DNA from: a virus
DNA: 64,000 bases
Reading direction: 5' to 3' (one strand)
IMG/VR virus record: IMGVR_UViG_3300046314_000658
Under the pieces are notes generated by a model, which was not told the origin of the DNA, ran no database searches, and was given only the letters and a program-made list of their open reading frames with translations. Made by a program: the position numbers and the translations under genes. Shown piece by piece: positions 51,185 to 59,333 of this stretch (within the stretch, counting starts at the first letter, position 1; every line of letters starts with the position of its first letter).

Positions 51185-51985
51185 TTTATATCCTATAAGT
51201 TGAGAAAGGGACTGAAACAATCCCATAAAAGAAACATGGGGGCTACTTAGCAACCAAAATACTTGATAATGACTTCTAGTGCTGGGAGAAGTGTTGTTTG
51301 GTTGAAGGCTAAATCTTCCGGATGCATGTACTCGCCTTTTTTCAAGTGTGCTTTTATTTCTTTTTTGATCAGCGAGCGCTGATCTTTCAGTACGAGCACG
51401 GTGATCGCATCTGCTGCTTTGTGATCGAGTTCGATTTTACTCACATCACCTCCACTTCGTTCATGAATTCCTGGAACAAAAATTGATCACTCATTGCTTC
51501 AGTCAGACCGTGTTTGGTGGCTACGTTATACCCCATTAATTTAGCATACGCGGCGTTTTCACGAATGAAATCGGCATACTCTTGAGAAGTCAACAACATG
51601 GAATATTGGTTCATTTTAGTCTTTCGTGTGGAAAAAGATAGTATACCCTGAAGTGGTGGCATTGGCAACGGGTATTCTTATAAAGTTAATTTATTTTAAC
51701 AATCGGTTGGTGTCTATCGATCGACGAGTTGATGCAACGTCTTTGGGTTTTCACCAAGGTTGAGTCAATATAAAGTTATGCAGTCGCAAACCAACATACA
51801 ACATTTAGACTTTGGCATCTATGTGCGAACAGATGCTTAACTATTAATAACAACTGTATAACAGAATTAGGTATTGGCGACTGTACACCAATGTCGACTA
51901 GCGCATTGTAGCTACTGTCGACTTTCGATGATAAGAGATAAGGATAGGTAGCGGTAAGTATTTTTACCACCGGGAGGAAACAAGA

Positions 51986-52702
51986 ATGATTATTAACAAC
52001 AACGCAAAACACCACGTACTGTACGTGTGTCAAGAATCTATAATCCCACCAGGAATTGACTCGCTTATGGAGCAGTTGAGTGAACAACTTGATATCCAAT
52101 TTGAACGGGTATCGTCCGTTCGTGCAGTGTTGGAAGCAGCTGGGAATTTTGCGGTTAGCATCGATGCTATTGTGCTAGACATCGATTCGCTAAACGATGG
52201 TGAGGGGGCTACGATATTTGATATTGTTAATACCATCACAACGCTACTACGCTATCACAAATTGGCTTCAAATCCTCAATGCACAACCGAAAACTTACCT
52301 GCCATCGTTGTAGGAGTAAATGCTACAACAGATCCGAAGCGTATCCGCGAGTTGCTGGCGATTGCAAATATTTCTGGAGTATACCCAGGTGGATACGATT
52401 TCTCACTCAATGAAAAAATCACAGCAATGCGTGAATTCATCAACAGACGGTACCACGTCCCGAAGTCGATAAAGCAACTGCTATCTACCAAAAGCAAGGT
52501 GATAGGTCAAGAGGTTCCCAATGCGCTCACCACTAGACAATCCCAGATTTTGGATTTGGTCATTACAAGAGGAGCAAGCAACAAAGCGATTGCAAATATC
52601 CTCCACATTACAGATAGTACAGTGAAGTTGCACATGACATCAATCCTGAAAAAGTGTGGTGTACGGTCACGGACACAACTGGTCGCATTTCACACAAAGT
52701 AG
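51986..52702 (+). CDS. LuxR/NarL-type regulator with atypical receiver domain
   Basis: LTxRQxQIL..G.SNKxIA..L.I..TVKLH..IL.K.GV.SRTQ; VLDID retained, acidic pair and Lys missing; GGGAGG SD. Confidence 0.9.
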   Translation: MIINNNAKHHVLYVCQESIIPPGIDSLMEQLSEQLDIQFERVSSVRAVLEAAGNFAVSIDAIVLDIDSLNDGEGATIFDIVNTITTLLRYHKLASNPQCTTENLPAIVVGVNATTDPKRIRELLAIANISGVYPGGYDFSLNEKITAMREFINRRYHVPKSIKQLLSTKSKVIGQEVPNALTTRQSQILDLVITRGASNKAIANILHITDSTVKLHMTSILKKCGVRSRTQLVAFHTK

Positions 52703-52817
52703 TACGTAGCACTTTATAGACTGGTAGCAGAAATGCTTAGATCATCCACAAAATCTGCGGTTAAATAATTATGAGAGATGACTGATTTAAGCGTCTCTAT
52801 TCTTAGGAGAAATAATT

Positions 52818-53372
52818 ATGGCAGATATGACAATGGATCCATTCTACGCACTTGCACGTGAGATTGAAGCGACTAAAACTAAAGTATCGGATGGTATTTT
52901 CGAGAACTACAAACTTCAAGTTGCTCAAACAAACGACATTAACAACCGTGCGATGCAAGTTGCACTACACGACGCGACTGCACTAGCAGATCTAAAACAG
53001 GCTGTAGCTGACGGCACACTACAGACGATGCTTGCAGCTTCTCGTACAGACGCTGCTATCGGTGCTACCAGCGCTGCTGCACAACGGTTGACAATGGAGC
53101 AAGCAGAAGCAACTCGTCGCCTAATGGTCGACTTGAACACCCAAAACTTGAATACAGCATTGATCAACACCAATACCGCGCTAAATGGACTAAACGGACA
53201 GTATGCTGGTCTAGGTCTCGCTTACGGTGGTGCAGTTTCTGCTTACCAAAGCGCAAACCAAGCCAGTGCATTAAACGCTCTAAACAGCGCTATTGCTAGC
53301 CAAAGTTCTAACGTCATCGGCGCAGGCGCTGTTGGTGGTACTCAAACAGCAACACCAACTACAGTTGTTTAA
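52818..53372 (+). CDS. Ala/Gln/Asn-rich helical protein with conserved C-terminal 28-aa motif
   Basis: AGGAG SD; TTAAATA upstream; tail shared with 53640. Confidence 0.85.
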   Translation: MADMTMDPFYALAREIEATKTKVSDGIFENYKLQVAQTNDINNRAMQVALHDATALADLKQAVADGTLQTMLAASRTDAAIGATSAAAQRLTMEQAEATRRLMVDLNTQNLNTALINTNTALNGLNGQYAGLGLAYGGAVSAYQSANQASALNALNSAIASQSSNVIGAGAVGGTQTATPTTVV

Positions 53373-53392
53373 TCAACTAAAGGAGGTTCATT

Positions 53393-53578
53393 ATGTATGG
53401 GTCACGATGGGGTTGGGGTAGTTACCCTCGCGGATATCTCGGAGCTGGCATTGGTTATCCATATAGCCCTCTGATATATCCTGGGTACTACCCTGGATAT
53501 GGCTACCCTGGATATGGATACGGCGGATACGGCGGATACAGTGGATACGGTTACTCATATCCATACGGACCGTACTGA
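53393..53578 (+). CDS. Gly/Tyr/Pro-rich 61-aa protein
   Basis: AAGGAGG SD; YPGYGY repeats. Confidence 0.85.
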   Translation: MYGSRWGWGSYPRGYLGAGIGYPYSPLIYPGYYPGYGYPGYGYGGYGGYSGYGYSYPYGPY

Positions 53579-53592
53579 AGTAGGCAGCACAG

Positions 53593-53622
53593 TGAACCAG
53601 CTCACAAGGTTGGTTCATTTTT
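53593..53622 (+). terminator. internal terminator-like hairpin
   Basis: TGAACCAGC-N7-GTTGGTTCA-TTTTT. Confidence 0.7.
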
Positions 53623-53639
53623 AGTTTAAGGAGAAAGAT

Positions 53640-53855
53640 ATGTTTGGTAATTATATGTACCCAGTTTATAGAAGTCCATACTACGCACAAGCGTGGGGGT
53701 TCCCTGTGTGGAATATGGGTGGTTATTCTGGTGGTTATGGTGGATCGTATGGAACTAATATTTTTGGTAGCGCAATTGCTAACCAAAACATGAATGTGAT
53801 TGGTGCTGGTGCGATTGGTGGATCGCAAGTAGCTACTCCAACAGCGATTTGGTAA
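53640..53855 (+). CDS. Gly/Tyr-rich small protein with the 28-aa C-terminal motif
   Basis: AAGGAG SD; SAIANQNMNVIGAGAIGGSQVATPTAIW. Confidence 0.85.
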   Translation: MFGNYMYPVYRSPYYAQAWGFPVWNMGGYSGGYGGSYGTNIFGSAIANQNMNVIGAGAIGGSQVATPTAIW

Positions 53856-53864
53856 GGAGTTAAT

Positions 53865-54548
53865 ATGTACAAAAAAATCACACACAATGTAGTGGAGGAA
53901 CACTTCGCTCACCCACTCGCAGCGCAATTGAAAAAGCAAATTGATAAGACGAAACCAGCCCCACCAAAAAACAAAGAAACGCTCACAGGACCGTTGGACC
54001 TCGATGCACACAAATTGTTTAATAAACTGCACTGGGGTGTGCGGAACTACGTAGTTAGTGCGCTCGGTCCAAACGATGATAGCACGATACTAATCAAAAC
54101 GACACTACTAAAAGATGTTTTAGAATTTGCACCATTTTTTAATGCATATTATCCAACTACAATTGGATCATCGGTTGTAACCCACCTAACTGGATTTGTC
54201 AATTCAGTTACGGACGTGGTGCAAGCAGCTCGATCCGGAAAAGATTTTACATCACCACTTACTGCTACACGAGGACATCTCGATGCACTAGCGGGAGTTA
54301 TCAGTGCTGCTAATCAAACGAGCTGGCCCGCACCAACAGTTAAGGCATACCTTCATGAATATTTAATGAAGGTGGTCGATCAGATAATTGCGCGCACTAA
54401 AAAGGATTGGAAAGCTGATCTAGAAGCTGCGACACTAGCACACAATGTTTTAACTACAGGACCAATTTCCTTCGGAACACTCAAAAGCAGTCCTGATTTT
54501 GCGTGCGTAGTAGTTAACGGAATTCGTAATCAATTCCCGATAAAGTAA
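53865..54548 (+). CDS. helical-bundle protein A (MYKxITHNxVEEH family)
   Basis: Paralogue of 54558; N..WP and GIxxQ[FY]P motifs. Confidence 0.85.
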   Translation: MYKKITHNVVEEHFAHPLAAQLKKQIDKTKPAPPKNKETLTGPLDLDAHKLFNKLHWGVRNYVVSALGPNDDSTILIKTTLLKDVLEFAPFFNAYYPTTIGSSVVTHLTGFVNSVTDVVQAARSGKDFTSPLTATRGHLDALAGVISAANQTSWPAPTVKAYLHEYLMKVVDQIIARTKKDWKADLEAATLAHNVLTTGPISFGTLKSSPDFACVVVNGIRNQFPIK

Positions 54549-54557
54549 GGAACCAAT

Positions 54558-55256
54558 ATGTACAAAACCATCACACACAACATCGTTGAAGAGCATTACG
54601 GTCAAGATCAAGGAGAACGGCTGAAATATGTCAATCCTCAAACGGGATTAACAGACTATCTCCCTCAATTTGTAATGAACGAAAACACAATGACTTTTAG
54701 AATGGACTCGAGGTCAATTTGGGCCAAATATGCTTGGGGATTGTTAAATTACGGCATCAGTATGAATGCTGGCCTACCAGTGATGGAGCAAGTAGAGGCA
54801 AGGGTGTTTAAAAATGCACGCGCTTTAGGAGATTTCATTACTCCATACTACGGTATTACTGCTGGATTGCGATTTGGTGATTTGCTGTCTAGTATTGGCC
54901 AAGTAGGCATTGATGTAGTCAAAGCTACAAAAGAAAAAGAGTCGCTCGACAAGTATAAAGTAATGTGGGCTGACCACATTGCAACACTTGCCGAATTTCT
55001 AAACGAGCTCAACCCCAACAATTGGCCTGAAGTTACTACAACTGAGTATCTTACAAATATGGTAAGTTTTTGGGTCGATGAGATTCAAGCGCGGGCGGCA
55101 AACAATCAGAGTGCAGATGAAGCAGCAATCGAAAGCTTAAACAAGTTGATAGTGATGGGTATACCAAATAGTGTGCCGAGTCACAAAGCCTCGAGTTTGA
55201 GTGATTTGTTCAGTCGCGGAATAATTGCACAGTACCCAGCGCTGTTTGCTGCATAA
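54558..55256 (+). CDS. helical-bundle protein B
   Basis: PYYG..F..LL..W..LA.FL..NP.NW..SD.FS.GI.AQYP. Confidence 0.85.
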   Translation: MYKTITHNIVEEHYGQDQGERLKYVNPQTGLTDYLPQFVMNENTMTFRMDSRSIWAKYAWGLLNYGISMNAGLPVMEQVEARVFKNARALGDFITPYYGITAGLRFGDLLSSIGQVGIDVVKATKEKESLDKYKVMWADHIATLAEFLNELNPNNWPEVTTTEYLTNMVSFWVDEIQARAANNQSADEAAIESLNKLIVMGIPNSVPSHKASSLSDLFSRGIIAQYPALFAA

Positions 55257-55276
55257 TCATAGTTAAGGGGGTAATT

Positions 55277-55858
55277 GTGAACGATACAGAACACAAAAAA
55301 CGGATGCAAGTGCTTCGAATGGCTGAAATTATTCTGAAGGAAGAAAATACCAAGCAATTCAACGCAGAGTACAGAGGTTGGATTGCATCCAACGATGTAT
55401 CATGGCGGACGCGGGGAATCAAATTAGCAGTTCCAGTTGCACCTTCTCCTCCAACGGAGGAGGCGATTGTAGCAAGAGCACTTGAGTTCTACAAAGCTGC
55501 TGTAGTTGATACAGCATCTCCATTAGCAACTGCGGCGCCTGCAGCAATCATATCTAGCGATAATGAGGGAAGTACTGATACTGTACCAACAATTACTGAG
55601 CAGCACTCAGTAACTACTGAATCGACCGAGGTCGGTGACGAGGCACCTCTTCCCGTTGTAGACTTGGTATTGGACCCAGTGCGAAAAATATTCGAAGCGC
55701 CTGCTTCTGTTGATATCGAACTTAATAGTCCTACTGAACAAGCGTCTGTTACTGATGTGCCTACTCTCACTGTACCCACATCTGGGGTGCGAGATATGTT
55801 AGCAAGTTTGTTTCAGCAAAAAAGCCAATCCAATAAGACGAGGTCACTAAATGTTTAA
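55277..55858 (+). CDS. protein with acidic Thr/Pro/Ser-rich disordered C-terminal half
   Basis: GTG start after AAGGGGG. Confidence 0.75.
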   Translation: MNDTEHKKRMQVLRMAEIILKEENTKQFNAEYRGWIASNDVSWRTRGIKLAVPVAPSPPTEEAIVARALEFYKAAVVDTASPLATAAPAAIISSDNEGSTDTVPTITEQHSVTTESTEVGDEAPLPVVDLVLDPVRKIFEAPASVDIELNSPTEQASVTDVPTLTVPTSGVRDMLASLFQQKSQSNKTRSLNV

Positions 55859-56345
55859 TGCACTGGGGATATATTCGAGTCACAGCACTCTGTTGCCAAT
55901 CATGGGGCGGCGAGTGACATACACCCAGTTGCGTTCACCAAATCGACTACTAGCAACACCTGGAATACAACTAGGTGGTAATGGAAACGATGTTATCAAC
56001 ATTGGTGGAGGAGAGGTTGGTCCACCAGGACCTCTTGGTCCACCAGGACCTCCCGGTACTCCCAGTTTGGTGCCTGTAACTATAGTTACTGATACACCTT
56101 TCACTGTGACATTGACTGATTATCTACTGGATATTAATGTAGCAGCACCAAGCTCTGTTATATTACCAATCAGTCCAACAGGAACAGTATTTGTCGTTAA
56201 AGATATATCAGGTAGCGCATCGACTAATGTAATTATTGTTACGGGATTGGGCGCAGCAGTTGACGGTAACGCAACTGCTACTATCAACACAGATTACGGC
56301 AGCATAACGCTGATATTTAACGGCACTGAATGGAACATCATATAA
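55851..56345 (+). CDS. short collagen (GPP) plus C-terminal beta domain
   Basis: GEVGPPGPLGPPGPPGTP; LP..G..VKD..N.I..DG..YG..L..G.EW. Confidence 0.85.
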   Translation: MFNALGIYSSHSTLLPIMGRRVTYTQLRSPNRLLATPGIQLGGNGNDVINIGGGEVGPPGPLGPPGPPGTPSLVPVTIVTDTPFTVTLTDYLLDINVAAPSSVILPISPTGTVFVVKDISGSASTNVIIVTGLGAAVDGNATATINTDYGSITLIFNGTEWNII

Positions 56346-56896
56346 TGTCACACAACACACCACTAGCATCTACAACCAATTTTGGTCTTATAAAGGTAGG
56401 TACCGGCTTGAGCGTTACTGATGGTTTAGTAACAGCCACACCAGGGTTACTAAATTACGGGTTCTTTACAGACGGTACGCAAACTAACCCAGTGGCTAGC
56501 GCCGTAAACATCACAAGTTTTACCAACTCGGGGCCTGCAAACGGAATTAGCGTTGTAGGAGGAACTAACATTACCGTGGTAAATGCGGGTGTTTACACTA
56601 AAATGTTTACAGTGATGGTATCAAAAACATCAGGTGGCACAAGCTCTGTAAGTTTTTGGTTGAGATATAACGGCATAGACGTAGCTGGCTCTAGACAGGA
56701 TTTGGAGTTGATTAACACACTAGTGCTCGTTTTCGCGTCAGGTAATTACACTATTGCAATGACTGCTGGAAGCTACATTCAATTATGTTGGAGCAGCGCA
56801 GATACAACTGTAGCATTAACTGCTTTGCCAACGGCAATAGCACCAACTAGACCAGCTGGCGACAGTGTTAAAGTCACACTTACGAGGATTTCATAA
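56345..56896 (+). CDS. C1q/TNF/BclA-C-like jelly-roll protein
   Basis: ITVVNAGVY, VSFWLRYNGxDVxGS, AGSYIQLxW; TAATG overlaps at both ends. Confidence 0.7.
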   Translation: MSHNTPLASTTNFGLIKVGTGLSVTDGLVTATPGLLNYGFFTDGTQTNPVASAVNITSFTNSGPANGISVVGGTNITVVNAGVYTKMFTVMVSKTSGGTSSVSFWLRYNGIDVAGSRQDLELINTLVLVFASGNYTIAMTAGSYIQLCWSSADTTVALTALPTAIAPTRPAGDSVKVTLTRIS

Positions 56897-57195
56897 TGGC
56901 TATCAACCTAGACATAACTGTAGTAACAACTACTCCGTACACAATATCTGTTGATGATTCTGTATTGCTAGTAAACGTCCCCGGCCCTGCGATTGTCAAA
57001 TTACCTAGCGGCAGCGGCGGCAATGAAAAGCGTTCGTATATTATCAAAGATACGTCTGGAAACTCAACTACAAATCCTATCACCATTACAGCCAACGGCG
57101 GGAGACTAATTGACGGAGTCGCATTTGCCATGCTTAATGGTGGATACAGCCACATACAAGTCGTATCCAATGGTTCAACCTGGTTTACTATTTAA
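56896..57195 (+). CDS. stand-alone beta domain (paralogue of the 55851 C-terminus)
   Basis: TTPY..D..LP..IKD.SG..NPITI..IDG..Y..NG..W. Confidence 0.85.
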   Translation: MAINLDITVVTTTPYTISVDDSVLLVNVPGPAIVKLPSGSGGNEKRSYIIKDTSGNSTTNPITITANGGRLIDGVAFAMLNGGYSHIQVVSNGSTWFTI

Positions 57196-57228
57196 GTAAC
57201 CAACTCTTTTTAAATAAGGAAAATAAAA

Positions 57229-57630
57229 ATGTCATATACAAACAACTCGCTGTCAATAGTTGGTGGCGCTGGTATCACAGTAACACCAACAACCAACACT
57301 GGTGCTACAACAATCACACTAGATGCGATAGCGGGTCCAGATATTCTAACAGTGCGAATTGCGACCACCACACCAGACGCCGTGTTAATAACGGACGAGA
57401 TGGTAAGTTATGAAGTATCTGGCCCAGTTGCCGTAGCAGTAACACTACCTACTGGCGTAACAGGTCAGGTATTCTATCTCAAAGATGGTCTAGGTCTCGC
57501 AACGACTGCTAATCCCATCACGATCACACCAACAGCCAGTACAATTGATGGTGCAGCAACTGCTACTATCAATGTTCCGTATGGTGCACTGACGTTAGTG
57601 TACAGCGGCACGGAGTGGAAAATTCTATAA
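57229..57630 (+). CDS. beta-domain paralogue
   Basis: LP.G.TG..LKD..NPITI..IDG..YG.LTL.Y.GTEW. Confidence 0.85.
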   Translation: MSYTNNSLSIVGGAGITVTPTTNTGATTITLDAIAGPDILTVRIATTTPDAVLITDEMVSYEVSGPVAVAVTLPTGVTGQVFYLKDGLGLATTANPITITPTASTIDGAATATINVPYGALTLVYSGTEWKIL

Positions 57631-57639
57631 CATTGTAAC

Positions 57640-58374
57640 ATGCACGAACTCAGAGCAGACCCCGTTGATTTCAGAGACTTTGCGTATCAAGTAATTGGCA
57701 CTCCACTCAAACGTGTCATAGATTTGCGTCCGTGGGCAAGTCGAGTTGAGAATCAAGCAGATCTAGGTAGTTGTACTAGTGCCGCTGTAATTGGTGCGTA
57801 TGAATTGTTACTAAAAAAGACAACTCCCGGTAAATTCGACGAACTTAGTAGCCTATTTGTGTACTACAACGCTCGTGTTTTAGAGGGGTTTCCGAACGAT
57901 GATGTTGGTGCATATCTCCGAACAGCAATAAAAGCGGTTCACAAATATGGGGTATGTATGGAAGAATTGTGGCCATATCACATACAAACTTTTACACTAC
58001 TTCCACCAGTAGAATGCTACGAAGATGGCAGCAAGCGAAAGATTAAAAACTACAATCGACTATCAGGCATTGTAGATATTCTGGATGCTATTAACCAAGA
58101 GCGGCCAGTGGTAATTGGAGTGGATCTATATGATGAGTTCGAACAACTGGATGCGTGCAATGCTACACTACAAAGTCCAGCGAAAGATCAATCGCCAAGT
58201 GGTGCCCATGCGCTTTGTTTAATTGGGTACGATTTGGATCGTCGGGTATTGTTGTGTAGAAATAGCTTTGGAGAGGAGTGGGGTCTAGGTGGATATTTCT
58301 GGATGACGTTCGAATATGCCGAGCGAGAAATGATTGACGCTTGGGTATTTGACATTGATTTATTTGAGCACTAA
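57640..58374 (+). CDS. papain-family (C1A) cysteine protease
   Basis: DLR, NQxxLGSCT, LSxLFxYY, GAHA, RNSxGxxWGxxGY. Confidence 0.9.
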   Translation: MHELRADPVDFRDFAYQVIGTPLKRVIDLRPWASRVENQADLGSCTSAAVIGAYELLLKKTTPGKFDELSSLFVYYNARVLEGFPNDDVGAYLRTAIKAVHKYGVCMEELWPYHIQTFTLLPPVECYEDGSKRKIKNYNRLSGIVDILDAINQERPVVIGVDLYDEFEQLDACNATLQSPAKDQSPSGAHALCLIGYDLDRRVLLCRNSFGEEWGLGGYFWMTFEYAEREMIDAWVFDIDLFEH

Positions 58375-58384
58375 GGAGAATCCT

Positions 58385-58900
58385 GTGGCATATTCAGGGC
58401 AATCATCTATCAATTTAGGAAAACAACATGACACAAATCGACAAAATACAAATTCGGACGTGCTCTACTTACCGAGAGATTGCATCGAGCGAGATGTACA
58501 AGACGCACTTAGAATTGGTAATACTGAGGGCGCAAGTGGAGTGTCTATCATCACGGGTCCGCCGGGGCCAAAAGGAGATCGAGGGCCTCCAGGATTGCCA
58601 GGCTTTCACAGCTGTGAGTGTAAAACAACAACGATTGATAGTGATTACGTCACTTCTATTGACGATTATTACATTGGGTGTATCAATAATACCCCGATTA
58701 CTGTAATTCTCCCGATGCAACCAGATAGAGCTGTTGAGTTGGTGATTAAACGGCAGACTGGAGTAGCTACTGCAGATGGAACAGTCTCGGTCAAGACTGC
58801 AGATGGTGCATTAATCGATGGGCAACAAAGCCACACGATTCGTAACCCGTTTGGTGTTTTACGAATCGTGTGGAACTCAAATAACTGGTTTAAAACTTGA
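58385..58900 (+). CDS. short collagen plus CxC plus beta-domain paralogue
   Basis: AAGGAG SD and GTG; GPPGPKGDRGPPGLPG; CEC; DYYIG..LP..IK..IDG..W. Confidence 0.8.
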   Translation: MAYSGQSSINLGKQHDTNRQNTNSDVLYLPRDCIERDVQDALRIGNTEGASGVSIITGPPGPKGDRGPPGLPGFHSCECKTTTIDSDYVTSIDDYYIGCINNTPITVILPMQPDRAVELVIKRQTGVATADGTVSVKTADGALIDGQQSHTIRNPFGVLRIVWNSNNWFKT

Positions 58901-59333
58901 TAAACATATCATCAATATTGAACAGAAAGCGGCGGCGCATGTTTTCCAACACACTATCAGGCACCCCGTGAATTGAACCGAAGTTAGACTGAGCCAAGTA
59001 GACAGTAGGGTTTTGTCCATACTGCTGGATCATATCGAAATAGACTTGCAGTTCTTTCTTCGTCGTGAAAGTGTTGGACACAATTACAGTTGCGCCTTGT
59101 GCAAGACCATTAGCGCACTGCTCTTGGCACCAAGCATGAGCTTCGCCGATTCGCATTCCATCCCAGTTGTAGTTCCCATCAGCATCAGTAAAGAACTGGT
59201 CTGCTTCGTAGTGGTACGCAGGCACATCATTCAACACGTATGAATGTAACAATCGACGTGCAAGGGTACTTTTACCACTCCCAGGCAGGCCGCGAATCAG
59301 TGCAAGAGTTGGAGTTGAGTGTTTAGCTTGCAT
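58890..59333 (-). CDS. P-loop kinase (AAA_33/polynucleotide-kinase-like)
   Basis: LIRGLPGSGKST, EAD.F, AHxWC, VIVSNT, HGVP. Confidence 0.85.
   Translation of the reverse strand: MQAKHSTPTLALIRGLPGSGKSTLARRLLHSYVLNDVPAYHYEADQFFTDADGNYNWDGMRIGEAHAWCQEQCANGLAQGATVIVSNTFTTKKELQVYFDMIQQYGQNPTVYLAQSNFGSIHGVPDSVLENMRRRFLFNIDDMFIKF

Noticed and set aside
52818-53855. RiPP precursors, R-body (Reb), gas-vesicle or curli genes
   Set aside because: No modifying enzymes, transporter or signal peptides, and no recognisable Reb, GvpA or CsgA motifs; only a protease is present
53391-54032. 213-aa reverse-strand ORF over the cluster
   Set aside because: Antisense shadow of three + strand genes that have strong SD sites and internal paralogy
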